From an uncultured Pseudomonadota bacterium (GTDB taxonomy: Bacteria; JAMCPX01), in NCBI GenBank assembly GCA_964547905.1, contig CAZJPN010000089.1, forward strand, positions 12,909-76,908: DNA of 64,000 nt. The letters run 5' to 3'. A model generated the notes under the pieces. It saw nothing but the letters and a program-made list of their open reading frames with translations, was not told where the DNA came from and searched no databases. Both the position numbers and the translations under genes were made by a program. How positions within the stretch are numbered: position 1 is the stretch's first letter; the number at the start of each line of letters is the position of its first letter. Below, one piece after another: positions 19,712 through 29,839 of this stretch.

Positions 19712-22426
19712 CTATTCTGGCGCTTTCAAAAGTTCTATAAGTTCAGCCCTTGATAATTTTTTAAGGATTGCATCATCGCTCTCCACAATGCTGTTCATGA
19801 ACAATGATTTTTGTTTTATCATGGTATCTATCTTCTCCTCAAGCGTACCCCTTGTTATGAGCTTAAAGACTTGAACACTCTTTTTCTGTCCTATTCTATG
19901 AACCCTGTCTGTTGCCTGATCTTCTCTCGCTGCATTCCACCATCTATCATAGTGAATGACTACGGATGCTGAGGTCAAATCTATGCCAAGACCGCCCGCC
20001 ATAAGACTGCCGACAAATACCCTGCAGTCCGGGTTGTCCTGGAATTTTTTTATCACCTCTGGCCGATTATGTGTAGAACCGCGTAGCGATGAAAAGCTTA
20101 TGTGTTTCGTTTTAAGCCACTGTTCGATAAGAGACATCATCTCGAGATACTGGCTGAATACAACGATCTTTTGTCCGGAATCTATTGCCTCTTCCATAAT
20201 CTCTTTGAATAATTCAAATTTGCCGGAGGCGTATTCGCTGTTACGATCCGCAATAAGTGAAGGATGATCGCAGAGTCTTTTCAGCTTTGTTATCAAAGCA
20301 AAGATATGCATGTAATCAATTGGCTTTGATTCATCACTGAGTTTTCTCATAAGCTTTTCCCCCCTCGCATCCACAACGCTGCGGTATATAAAAACCTGAT
20401 GCGGAGTGAGGGAACAATACCTTATGTCCTCAATCTTTGACGGCAGATCGGCAAGTACGTCAGCCTTTAATCTCCTTAATTTGAATGGATGTATAATCTT
20501 TTTCAGTATCTTCATCTTTTCGGCATCGTCGTATTTTGTTATTGGTATACCATAGTCTTGTGTAAATTTTTTAAGAGAGCCGAGATAACCTGGCAAAACG
20601 AAATCAAAGATTGACCATAACTCTGTTAGTCTGTTTTCGATGGGTGTACCTGTCAAAGCGAGTTTGTGCCGTGCAACAAGCAGTCTGGAAGACTTATACG
20701 CCTTTGTATGATAATTCTTTATCTTTTGTGCCTCATCAAGCACAGCGTATTCCCATTTCTGTTTTGACAACATACCAATGTCGTGCACCATAATGGTATA
20801 GGTGGTAATCAATACGTGATAACGTTTAACAGCATCAAGGGATCGAGCTTTACCGTAATACCTGTTAACCGCGATCCATGGCAAATATTCACGTAGTTTT
20901 GATTCCCAGTGATCCATAACAGACGTTGGTACTACTATAATAGAAGGCAGTGAGGCGCTATTACTATAGATTGCCGAGAGAAGAGCCATTGTCTGGTGAG
21001 TCTTTCCAAGCCCCATCTCATCCGCAAGCACGCCGTTCAGTTGATTCTCATATAAAAAATACAGCCAATCATAACCAGATTTTTGATAGTCCCTTAATGT
21101 TCCTTTCATATTATACGTTGGCGGAGCACTCGCAATTTCTGTTGTTCGGTCCAAAATGGAGTAAAAGTTACTTACGGAGAACGGCTCTTCTAGAGGAACA
21201 CTATCCTGTATCGAAGCTCTCAACCTCGTATAAGAAAGTCTGGATATCTTTATCCTGCCATTTTCTATATCTCCGACATCCTTCCATCTTTTAACAATAT
21301 CATCCGGAACATAAACCCAGTTATCATTCTTCTTTACGAATCCATCTTTATTCCTCAGTGAAATAAGCTCACCTATATTCAAAGATAACCCGGCTGTTTC
21401 ATAATAAGGAGCAAGATAAAACCAATCGCCGTTGCCTTGCACGCTTACATGTTGAATCTTTGGTTCCGGGAGTATGCGGGTATTTTTTATGCGTTCCGAT
21501 GGAATAAACCCCTTTTTATGCTCCAGTACAGGCATTGAATAGGTAAAAAAATTAACAATATCGGTACCTGCGTATACAAGAGGTTTTCCGCCATTAAAGT
21601 ATGGCTCGAATTCTTCAGACATTTGTTCTATCATTATATACACATTGTTGAACCACAACCACCTGTCATTTATAATATAAAAATTTGCGTCATTCTTTGC
21701 TGTAAATGTCTGACCCCCGTTTTCATCTTTTATTCTGTAACCCGGGGTAAGTATCAATCTTCCATGTTCATCATAATCAGCCATGATTTCATGAGATACT
21801 TTATGTCTTATAAAACTGATTTTAGCCGCCTTTTCAGAAAAGTTAACTTCGTGAATTAAACGCAATCTTTGCAGCATGTCGGGGCTCTCATCTTCAGGCA
21901 CTATAAGCATTGCGGTCCTTTTATTTATTTCCGAGAGAAGTGTTATCTTTAATTTTGGTCCATCATTCTCAAGATCCACGTATGCGCTTATATGTTCGGA
22001 AAATGGAAACCACGAGGATAATAGACCGTACAAAGGATTCAATGGTTTAAATGGAACAACGTTAGTTTGCGGATATTCCTTTACAAGTTGATCCGTGTAT
22101 TCCTCAGGAGATGGGTAATAGAAAGCATCCCTTTGATTGATCCATGCAAGCAATACGGCAACTATATGCTTACATACCCATCCCCATTTTGATGAGTAAG
22201 GGCATGTACAACTCATGTGAGATATTTGATGGTCGGACTCAATAATATGTACCTGATAAGGATAATTGGCCGTTCCCTGAACTGATGCCGTAATAGTATA
22301 ATCGTTGTGATTTAAGGACAAAACCGCATTCTGTTTTAAATAACGGTATCCCCTATGCCATATTTCCCTTGTAACAACTTCTTTTATATCTTCCTGTGTT
22401 ATAGTTTTAAATGTAGAAGTTATCAT
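19712..22426 (-). CDS. SWIM zinc-finger / SNF2-family helicase
   Basis: 904 aa. SWIM CxCx(n)CxH (CTCPYSSKWGWVCKH). SNF2 N motif LADEMGLGKT, DEAQ box, helicase C-terminal motifs. Confidence 0.8.
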   Translation of the reverse strand: MITSTFKTITQEDIKEVVTREIWHRGYRYLKQNAVLSLNHNDYTITASVQGTANYPYQVHIIESDHQISHMSCTCPYSSKWGWVCKHIVAVLLAWINQRDAFYYPSPEEYTDQLVKEYPQTNVVPFKPLNPLYGLLSSWFPFSEHISAYVDLENDGPKLKITLLSEINKRTAMLIVPEDESPDMLQRLRLIHEVNFSEKAAKISFIRHKVSHEIMADYDEHGRLILTPGYRIKDENGGQTFTAKNDANFYIINDRWLWFNNVYIMIEQMSEEFEPYFNGGKPLVYAGTDIVNFFTYSMPVLEHKKGFIPSERIKNTRILPEPKIQHVSVQGNGDWFYLAPYYETAGLSLNIGELISLRNKDGFVKKNDNWVYVPDDIVKRWKDVGDIENGRIKISRLSYTRLRASIQDSVPLEEPFSVSNFYSILDRTTEIASAPPTYNMKGTLRDYQKSGYDWLYFLYENQLNGVLADEMGLGKTHQTMALLSAIYSNSASLPSIIVVPTSVMDHWESKLREYLPWIAVNRYYGKARSLDAVKRYHVLITTYTIMVHDIGMLSKQKWEYAVLDEAQKIKNYHTKAYKSSRLLVARHKLALTGTPIENRLTELWSIFDFVLPGYLGSLKKFTQDYGIPITKYDDAEKMKILKKIIHPFKLRRLKADVLADLPSKIEDIRYCSLTPHQVFIYRSVVDARGEKLMRKLSDESKPIDYMHIFALITKLKRLCDHPSLIADRNSEYASGKFELFKEIMEEAIDSGQKIVVFSQYLEMMSLIEQWLKTKHISFSSLRGSTHNRPEVIKKFQDNPDCRVFVGSLMAGGLGIDLTSASVVIHYDRWWNAAREDQATDRVHRIGQKKSVQVFKLITRGTLEEKIDTMIKQKSLFMNSIVESDDAILKKLSRAELIELLKAPE

Positions 22427-22482
22427 ATCAAATTATACATTTTATCAGTAAAAATGTATAAGTCAACTGAGTTTTGAACTTC

Positions 22483-23757
22483 TTAATGTAGAGGATTTAC
22501 ATAAACAGACAGTTTAGAAAAGTTATCAAGGACTACCTCTGCATTTGCCCTGCTAAGCTCCGAGAACGATACCGGGCCCGTTGCGACACCTATAAAGCTA
22601 ACACCTGCATTTGCCGCTGTTTGCGCATCAACGATAGAATCACCAACATAAACAACCTCTTCTTTTTGCAATTTAAGCTCTGATAATATCTTTTCAATCG
22701 TATCGGGATACGGCTTGCTTTTCAATCCATCTCCAATGCCCACAACATGTTCGAAATATTTGCCTATGCCTAAATGTTCGAGAATAGAACGCGAATATTT
22801 TCCGAGTTTGTTCGTTGAGACAGCCATCAGGTAACCGTCATTGTAAAGCTTTTCAACCACCTGACTGACGCCCTCAAGCAGAGTTGTTTTATCGAGATAA
22901 ATCTTTTCATAATTGGAACGGAACATACTCACTGCATAGGCCGGGTCATCTACACCGTGAATATTACCCATCACATCCTCGAGCGGCAAACCGATTGTCT
23001 TTAAAACATCCTCGTATGAATACTCAGGCAGACCGAGTCCCCTCATCGTATAGTTAAAACTCTCGTATATCGCAGAAAAAGAATTAATAAGCGTACCATC
23101 CAGATCGAAGATAATACCCCTGAATCCCCTATCTAGTTTTTTGATAATATCACCATAATTTCCGTACCATAAGGACGGTATTTTGTTTTCATTACAGTAC
23201 GACTTCAACATCGACCGCGCAAATACAATATCGGCTTCCGGTACTGCATCTATATCAGAATACCCATTCCCTATATATATAATTCTGTCAAAATAGGGTC
23301 TGAATGCCCTTATTATCCTCTTTTTACATACTCCGGAAAAGGCACATTCATTATCCCAGAATGGAAAATCCATAAAAACCTTGCCGCCATCGTCTCTCAT
23401 AATATTGGCAAATACGCATATATCATCCTTTATGTTGTTATAGACAAGGGCATCTTCTATGAGCAGATCAAATCCATCGCTTACTATGATATGAGAAATT
23501 TTCTTACCGTTGATAAAATCTAAAAAGTGAATGAAGTGTTCATCGATAATTGCTCGTTCCACATAAAAATCCCTTATAACCTTAAAAGACATACCTTCAA
23601 CATCGAGTAACCTTCTGTAAATATCGGGTACGCTCAGAGTATTATTGATGAATTTCTCCTTAAGATCGGAATAGCTGTCAACTATTTTGCCGAATTCTTC
23701 CCCAAGATCTTTTTTATTTATTGTTCCATCAAAATCGCTCACTATTAGTATTTTCAT
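22483..23757 (-). CDS. Tandem HAD-superfamily hydrolase (MtnX-like N-terminal half, phosphoglycolate-phosphatase-like C-terminal half)
   Basis: Two complete HAD motif sets, DFDGT...GNGYSDID and FDLDGTL...VGDSIVD, in one 424-aa ORF. Confidence 0.7.
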   Translation of the reverse strand: MKILIVSDFDGTINKKDLGEEFGKIVDSYSDLKEKFINNTLSVPDIYRRLLDVEGMSFKVIRDFYVERAIIDEHFIHFLDFINGKKISHIIVSDGFDLLIEDALVYNNIKDDICVFANIMRDDGGKVFMDFPFWDNECAFSGVCKKRIIRAFRPYFDRIIYIGNGYSDIDAVPEADIVFARSMLKSYCNENKIPSLWYGNYGDIIKKLDRGFRGIIFDLDGTLINSFSAIYESFNYTMRGLGLPEYSYEDVLKTIGLPLEDVMGNIHGVDDPAYAVSMFRSNYEKIYLDKTTLLEGVSQVVEKLYNDGYLMAVSTNKLGKYSRSILEHLGIGKYFEHVVGIGDGLKSKPYPDTIEKILSELKLQKEEVVYVGDSIVDAQTAANAGVSFIGVATGPVSFSELSRANAEVVLDNFSKLSVYVNPLH

Positions 23758-23784
23758 ATTCTAAAGGTCGTATTTGCTTTATAC

Positions 23785-24648
23785 TCAAGCACTTCCATAG
23801 CTGTGTAAACCAGAGAGCACCAGATTAACACCAAGATAGGTAAACAACACAAAAGCGAATCCAATTATTGCAAAAATAGCCGCTGCCCTGCCATGCCATC
23901 CCCACGAATATCTGAGATGTATGTATACAATATATATAAGAAAGGTTATCAAAGACCACGTTTCCTTGGGATCCCAACTCCAATATCTACCCCATGCATA
24001 ATCTGCCCATGCTGCACCTGTAATAATACCAATTGCCAACAGAACTTCACCGATAATAATAAGTTTATAGCTTATATCATCAAGAATCTTTGTAGAAGGC
24101 AGGTATGAGAGCACTTTACCATTCGTGTGCTTTGTGTACCAATCGCTTATTAAATAAAATAAAGATGCCCCGAATGCAAGAGCAAAAAATGCATAACCAA
24201 AGAAGCTTGTTATAACATGGAATACAAGCCAGTTGCTCTTTAAAGCGGGTACGAGAGGCTCTATCCTGCTGCTAACATCGGGTGAAAAAGATGCATATGC
24301 CATAAATACAAAAGCTGTAAGAGAAACTGGAAATCCAAGTTTTCTTATCTTATATTTAAGGTCCACGATTATATATGTAAGTGCTATGGTCCATGAAAGA
24401 AAGATTAATGATTCGTAAAGGTTTGTTATTGGTATGTGCCCATATTCAAGATGATAAGATTCTATCCATCTTGCAATCAGGCCTGCTGTTTCAATCAAAA
24501 AAGCAGCCACAAAAACCACAAAACCTGAAATATCGAGATATTTTTTCTTAAATACGAGCCCAAATAGATAAAAGAACATAGCTCCCACGTAAACAAATGT
24601 AGCTATGCTCAGCAAAAATGTGTTCGTCTGTTGATCAATATGCATCAT
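23785..24648 (-). CDS. ccsA: Cytochrome c biogenesis protein CcsA (system II)
   Basis: WWD region WADYAWGRYWSWDPKETW. Multi-TM. Confidence 0.85.
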   Translation of the reverse strand: MMHIDQQTNTFLLSIATFVYVGAMFFYLFGLVFKKKYLDISGFVVFVAAFLIETAGLIARWIESYHLEYGHIPITNLYESLIFLSWTIALTYIIVDLKYKIRKLGFPVSLTAFVFMAYASFSPDVSSRIEPLVPALKSNWLVFHVITSFFGYAFFALAFGASLFYLISDWYTKHTNGKVLSYLPSTKILDDISYKLIIIGEVLLAIGIITGAAWADYAWGRYWSWDPKETWSLITFLIYIVYIHLRYSWGWHGRAAAIFAIIGFAFVLFTYLGVNLVLSGLHSYGSA

Positions 24649-25985
24649 TATATTACCCCTTTCTTAATCTCTTTTACAATTTTTTCGAATTCGATTTCAA
24701 ATGAATACTTGTTTCTATCAGCTACACCTGCAACCGTGAACGTCCTATTGAACTTATCAGGAATAAATATCCATATCCTTCTCCTATAGCTGAAAAATGA
24801 CATGAGAAGCCCGATTATCAGTATAATTGCACCGGCCGCAACATAGGGAGCACCAGGGTCTTTGGCAACCTGCAACCCGGTATAATAACTCTCATCCGCT
24901 TTGACGAATCTTATCCTATATCCATCAACGGTTTCTGCACCGTGAAAATCAGGATATCTTTGAAGATATATGGAAGTATTAACAAGTTTTTCACCTTTAT
25001 AAACACCTACAAGTATGGTTGGTCCAAACCCTTGATAATTTTGTGCATAGTCAAGTACTGCTATTGAGGTATCATCTGTAACATGATATGGTTTATTAAG
25101 ATTTAGAGAAATATCGTTTTCTCCTTTATGTGCATTTGACAATACAAGAGCAAAATCGCTTGCACCTGCCTGACCATACGATGCCTGATATATTGTAACA
25201 CCTTTGTACGTCAAGGGTTTGTTAACATCAATTATTTTGCGAGCTACTATATTCCCATCCGACATTATACTCAGATCGCTCTTGTAAGCCTTTGGAATAC
25301 CGGAGTTGTAAAACTCCACATTAAAATGATTACACTGAATTGAAAATGGCAGTGTGATTTTTTTATTTCCCCTTAATGTTCTGACTATATTTGTGCTCTC
25401 TCCTGGAACAAGGTTGACAAAAGTTTCAAACCCCCAGAAAGAACCAATCAAAACACCGACAAATATAATAATAAGGCTTATATGAGTTACATACGGCCCG
25501 AACCTTGCAATGCGTCCCTTCTCAAGATAAAGGAAGTCACCTTCTTTTGAATCATCACGAATGGGAGACTTGTATATCTCTTTTAATCTCTGTGTCAGAT
25601 TTTTAATGAGTGTTTCTCTATCGCCATTGTATGTTATAGTTTCTTTTTCTTTGAATGCGTTAAGTTTTTCTATAGGAAGCTTTAGCTTTGGGTTGGAGAA
25701 CATTTTAAAGATCGCCGGTAACCTATCCCATGTGCAAACAATAACATTTACAATGAATAGCATAAGAAGCAATTCAAACCACCATGAATGATACATATCA
25801 AAGATATCAAAAGAATTAAGAAAATTAAAGGTAGAGGTTCCATAATGCTGTATGTACATCTCATCAGGCAGCCCTTGTTGTATTACCGTACCGATAATGG
25901 CTGTAGCAATAATGAGAAGTATCAGTACAATAGCAAGCTTAACTGAACTAAAAAATCTCCAGATCTTATCCAATATTTTATCCAT
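24648..25985 (-). CDS. ccsB: Cytochrome c biogenesis protein CcsB/ResB
   Basis: 445 aa. N-terminus FFSSVKLAIVLILLIIATAIIGTVIQQ is typical ResB, followed by a large periplasmic domain and a C-terminal TM. Confidence 0.8.
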   Translation of the reverse strand: MDKILDKIWRFFSSVKLAIVLILLIIATAIIGTVIQQGLPDEMYIQHYGTSTFNFLNSFDIFDMYHSWWFELLLMLFIVNVIVCTWDRLPAIFKMFSNPKLKLPIEKLNAFKEKETITYNGDRETLIKNLTQRLKEIYKSPIRDDSKEGDFLYLEKGRIARFGPYVTHISLIIIFVGVLIGSFWGFETFVNLVPGESTNIVRTLRGNKKITLPFSIQCNHFNVEFYNSGIPKAYKSDLSIMSDGNIVARKIIDVNKPLTYKGVTIYQASYGQAGASDFALVLSNAHKGENDISLNLNKPYHVTDDTSIAVLDYAQNYQGFGPTILVGVYKGEKLVNTSIYLQRYPDFHGAETVDGYRIRFVKADESYYTGLQVAKDPGAPYVAAGAIILIIGLLMSFFSYRRRIWIFIPDKFNRTFTVAGVADRNKYSFEIEFEKIVKEIKKGVI

Positions 25986-26074
25986 GTCATTCTTCTCTTT
26001 TCTGTTCTGTAATTAAAAAAACTTATCCCTATTAACAACCAACATGAAAGAAAATTTATACAGCGACTCGTTAA

Positions 26075-26103
26075 TTGTCAATTAAAAAGATTACAAATAT
26101 AAG
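26075..26103 (+). promoter_or_regulatory. Sigma-70-like promoter (TTGTCA-17-TATAAG) firing into a gene-less plus-strand unit. The same quasi-palindrome AATTGTCAATT gives the minus-strand -35 TTGACA for ccsB
   Basis: TTGTCA 26075-26080, 17-nt spacer, TATAAG 26098-26103. On the minus strand, TTGACA-17-TAAATT lies ~55 nt upstream of the ccsB start. Confidence 0.4.
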
Positions 26104-26113
26104 AGAGAGGGGT

Positions 26114-26155
26114 GGTGCAGACCTCCGGAGGGGACCGAGATCTGCACCGTTTTTT
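26114..26155 (+). terminator. Plus-strand intrinsic terminator with no upstream plus-strand gene
   Basis: GGTGCAGACCTC-cggaggggacc-GAGATCTGCACC (12-bp stem, one mismatch) followed by GTTTTTT. The fadN stop codon (minus strand) overlaps the T tract. Confidence 0.6.
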
Positions 26156-28565
26156 AGTTGCGGAGGGGTTTATTATTCATTAACATATATTGTATTCTCT
26201 CCTGAGTTTTCTGTTCGCCACACAAACTTAAAAATGCCTCTTTCTCGAGATCAAGCAGTCTTTGCTCATCTACGATGGTACCCGGTGTAACATCACCACC
26301 GCCTATAACATTTATAAGTTTATCCGCTACAAACTCATCATACTCACTAATATAACCACCAAGTTTTAAATTTCGAGCCCCAAGCCTTAATGTTGCTATT
26401 GTTTCCCTGCCTGCAACAACAATATCAGTCCTTGGTCTTGATGGTTTAAAACCTTCCTTGACCATGGATAGAACAGTCTGCTTTGCATCATAAATCAGAT
26501 TATCTTTGTTCAGTGTAATCTGATCCGTCGGTTTAAGAAAACCATATAATTCTGCAGCTTCTTTTGCACTCATAGAAACCTTTGCCATTCCTATTGTTTC
26601 AAAGGTATGTATAGCAGCTTTAACCGGATCGGGTTTAACAACACCATCTCCGAGCGCTCTCAAATAAAGCTCTTTTGTACCTCCGCCCGCCGGTATAACT
26701 CCAACACCAACCTCAACAAGCCCCATGTAAAGTTCCGAATACGCCCTTATTTTATGAGCGTGCATGCTTACTTCGCATCCTCCACCAAGCGCCATATTAA
26801 ATGGTGCTGCTACTATAGGTTTTGTTGCATATTTCATTCTCATATTAGCATTGTGCAAACCATCTACCGAGGCTTCAAGTGCCTTCCATTCTTTGTTTTG
26901 TGCTGCCATAAGTACTAAAAATATATTTGCTCCAACACTAAAGGTTTCACCTTCATTGCCGAGCACCATACCGACTATATCCTGCCTTGATTCAAGCATG
27001 TCTACACCATTATTGATCATGGCTATCAGATCTTCATCAATAGCGTTCATTTTTGAATTAAATTCTACACATATTACGCCATCGCCAATATCAATTAATC
27101 TCGCACTACCATTTTCTTTAAGAATCATACTTTTTTTCTTTAGATTGTCAAGGGATATTACGTTATCTCTTCTTACTATCGGCTTGTATGTTCCTGTTTT
27201 GAAATCAAAATAATATTTGTCACCCCTGATATCCAGATAAAATCTGCCATATCCTTTTTCAAACAAATCTTTTATATTATCAGGAACATTTAAACCTTCT
27301 TTTTTCATTCTTTCCACGGAGCTCGCAACTCCGATTGCATCCCATGTCTCAAAAGGCCCGATAGACCAATTGTATCCCCATTTCATTGCGTTATCAATAT
27401 TTACAATATCATCCGCAATCTCTGGAATTCTATTCAACGAATATATAAGCGTATCCCTTGTTACCTTCCATGCAAACTTTGCTGCCCTGTCATCACTTGA
27501 TGTAAGCGCCTTTATCTTATCCTGCGGTGTTTCCGCATTCTTTGCCATGGAGAGAGAATCAAATTTATATTTCTGTGTGTCTTTGTACTCCATTGTCTTG
27601 TAATCAAGGACTAACTTTTTTCTTCCTTTTTCGTCTTTTATTTTCTTATAGAATCCTTGACTTGATTTATCGCCAAGTAAACCCTTTTTAACCATATTAT
27701 TTATGAATTCGGGGAGCTTAAATACTTCTCTTTTTTCATCGTTTGGTGTATTTTCATAAACATTATTCGTAACATGCACAAATGTGTCAAGACCAACAAG
27801 ATCAGCCGTTCCAAAAGCCGCACTTCCGGGTCTTCCCATCGGTCTACCAACTATTGCATCGACTTCATCTATTGCATATCCATCCTCCATCATGGTTTTT
27901 ATTGTATCAAGCATGGAGAAGGTTCCAACCCTATTTGCAATGAAGTTTGGCGTATCTTTACCAAACACAACACCCTTACCAAGAACGTTTTCGGCAAAAT
28001 TCTGCATAAACGAGACCATTTCTTGTTTTGTGTCATCACCAACAATAAATTCAAGCAGTTTCATGTATCTTACAGGGTTAAAGAAATGCGTGATCATAAA
28101 ATGCTCTTTGAAATCCTTGCTCCTTCCATCTGCCATATCCTTTAGTTTTATACCCGATGTGTTGGAACTTATGATTGAACCCTGTTTTCTGTATTTATCC
28201 ACCTGCTCAAAAACCTTTTTCTTTATATCAAGTCTTTCTGTAACCACCTCTACAATCCAGTCAGATTTGCTTATAAAATCAAGATTATCTTCCATATTGC
28301 CGGGTGTAATATATGCTATATCCTTCTGTGAATATATGAGAGCCGGCTTTCCTTTCCTTACATGTTCAACACCTGCGATAGCAAGTCTGTTTCTTACTTT
28401 GGGATCTTTCAATGTCAATCCGGCCTTTTTCTCATCTTCTGTAAGCTCCTTTGGCACTATATCGAGTATGTACGAAGGTATACCTGCGTTTGCAAGATGG
28501 GCGGCAATACCAGAACCCATGACTCCTGAACCTATTATCGTTACTCTTTTTATCTGATAGCTCAT
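26154..28565 (-). CDS. fadN: Bifunctional 3-hydroxyacyl-CoA dehydrogenase / enoyl-CoA hydratase (FadN-type)
   Basis: 803 aa. N-terminal Rossmann GSGVMGSGIA (3HCDH_N), C-terminal crotonase fold. Same domain order as Bacillus FadN. Confidence 0.85.
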   Translation of the reverse strand: MSYQIKRVTIIGSGVMGSGIAAHLANAGIPSYILDIVPKELTEDEKKAGLTLKDPKVRNRLAIAGVEHVRKGKPALIYSQKDIAYITPGNMEDNLDFISKSDWIVEVVTERLDIKKKVFEQVDKYRKQGSIISSNTSGIKLKDMADGRSKDFKEHFMITHFFNPVRYMKLLEFIVGDDTKQEMVSFMQNFAENVLGKGVVFGKDTPNFIANRVGTFSMLDTIKTMMEDGYAIDEVDAIVGRPMGRPGSAAFGTADLVGLDTFVHVTNNVYENTPNDEKREVFKLPEFINNMVKKGLLGDKSSQGFYKKIKDEKGRKKLVLDYKTMEYKDTQKYKFDSLSMAKNAETPQDKIKALTSSDDRAAKFAWKVTRDTLIYSLNRIPEIADDIVNIDNAMKWGYNWSIGPFETWDAIGVASSVERMKKEGLNVPDNIKDLFEKGYGRFYLDIRGDKYYFDFKTGTYKPIVRRDNVISLDNLKKKSMILKENGSARLIDIGDGVICVEFNSKMNAIDEDLIAMINNGVDMLESRQDIVGMVLGNEGETFSVGANIFLVLMAAQNKEWKALEASVDGLHNANMRMKYATKPIVAAPFNMALGGGCEVSMHAHKIRAYSELYMGLVEVGVGVIPAGGGTKELYLRALGDGVVKPDPVKAAIHTFETIGMAKVSMSAKEAAELYGFLKPTDQITLNKDNLIYDAKQTVLSMVKEGFKPSRPRTDIVVAGRETIATLRLGARNLKLGGYISEYDEFVADKLINVIGGGDVTPGTIVDEQRLLDLEKEAFLSLCGEQKTQERIQYMLMNNKPLRN

Positions 28566-28585
28566 AAAAAATTCCTCCTGTTAAT

Positions 28586-29806
28586 TTACCTTTCTATAAT
28601 TGTTGCTATGCCCTGACCGCCGCCAATACACATCGTGCCAAGACCTATATTCAAATCCCTTTTTATCATCTCATAGAGTATCGTGGTGAGTATCCTGATG
28701 CCTGAAATACCGAGCGGGTGTCCAAGGGCAATAGCTCCGCCGTTGACATTTACAAGATCCGGGTTAATGCCAAGCTCTTCTATACTTACTATCGACTGGG
28801 AAGCAAATGCTTCGTTGATTTCGAAAATCTGTATATCCTTTACGGTCATCTTTGCCCTTTCGAGTATACGCCTTGTTGAATATATAGGACCTAACCCCAT
28901 TACCTCCGGCTCTAACGCTCTCACTGCCGTTGCCCTTATCTTTGCAAGAGGTTTTATCCCAAGCTCTTTTGCCTTCGAAGATGACATAAGGACCATTGCA
29001 GTTGCACCATCGTTTGTCGGTGAAGAATTACCGGCCGTTACCCTGCCCTTTGCCCTGAATACCGGTTTTAATTTTGCCAATGCTTCCATTGTCGTATCCG
29101 CCCTTGGCCCATCATCCTTATCAACAAGAACCCAACCTTCTGGGACTTTACCACCATTGTATAGTTCTATGTCGCCGCTTGCCTTGTTAACTACCACAGG
29201 CACCATCTCATCCTTAAACCTGCCCGATTCCTGTGCAGCAACGGCTTTTTTATGTGAATTGTATGAAAACTTATCAAGGTTTTCTCTACTGAGATCGTAC
29301 TTCTTTTCGTACCTGTCTATAACATTTTCCGCAGTCTCACCCATGGGAATATATGCATTCGGCAATGTAGAACCATCCTGTATAAATTTTATATTGGGGG
29401 TTGGCTTAAGGCCCGCCATTGGTATCATTGTCATAGTTTCGGTACCGCCTGCTATAAATATATCGCCTGCTCCACCCATTATTTCATAAGCAGCCTTATG
29501 CAAGGCAGTCATTGCGGAACCGCAAAATCTGTTTATCGTGGTTGCAGGAACCTCGATAGGCAAACCGGCAAGAATACTTGCTATTCTTGCTATATTCATG
29601 CCTTCTTCAGCCTCCGGGAACGCAGAACCGCAGATAACATCTTCTATCTCTTTGTAATCAAACTCTGGTAATCTTTTTAAGGCAGCTTTAATTGCAATTG
29701 CAAACATATCATCAGGTCTTGTTTTCGCAAAAGAGCCTTTTTTTGCCCTGCCAATCGGCAGCCTTACCGCTGACACTATCACAGCATCTCTTCCACTGTC
29801 TTTCAT
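28586..29806 (-). CDS. fadA: Acetyl-CoA C-acyltransferase (3-ketoacyl-CoA thiolase)
   Basis: Thiolase motifs (active-site Cys region, C-terminal NVNGGAIALGHPLGISG). Start placed at MKDSG, which has a GGAGGT RBS. The ORF-track start at 29818 lies inside that RBS. Confidence 0.85.
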   Translation of the reverse strand: MKDSGRDAVIVSAVRLPIGRAKKGSFAKTRPDDMFAIAIKAALKRLPEFDYKEIEDVICGSAFPEAEEGMNIARIASILAGLPIEVPATTINRFCGSAMTALHKAAYEIMGGAGDIFIAGGTETMTMIPMAGLKPTPNIKFIQDGSTLPNAYIPMGETAENVIDRYEKKYDLSRENLDKFSYNSHKKAVAAQESGRFKDEMVPVVVNKASGDIELYNGGKVPEGWVLVDKDDGPRADTTMEALAKLKPVFRAKGRVTAGNSSPTNDGATAMVLMSSSKAKELGIKPLAKIRATAVRALEPEVMGLGPIYSTRRILERAKMTVKDIQIFEINEAFASQSIVSIEELGINPDLVNVNGGAIALGHPLGISGIRILTTILYEMIKRDLNIGLGTMCIGGGQGIATIIER

Positions 29807-29819
29807 ACCTACCTCCATA

Positions 29820-29839
29820 ATGAATGATTATTCATTCAT
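29820..29839. promoter_or_regulatory. Perfect 8-bp inverted repeat ATGAATGA-TTAT-TCATTCAT immediately upstream of the thiolase RBS
   Basis: Read directly from the sequence. 14-33 nt upstream of the preferred fadA start (29806), in the 86-bp PAP2-fadA spacer. Confidence 0.45.

Noticed and set aside
28683-29489. Long antisense ORFs opposite fadA (268 aa), fadN (27784-28557, 257 aa), pstA (14982-15623), aspC/coaD (40141-40722) and the GC-rich genes (e.g. 53120-53668, 54083-54532, 55212-55505)
   Set aside because: All lie fully inside well-supported genes on the other strand. They have low-complexity S/P/A-rich translations and no RBS. These are typical shadow ORFs, especially where GC is high.
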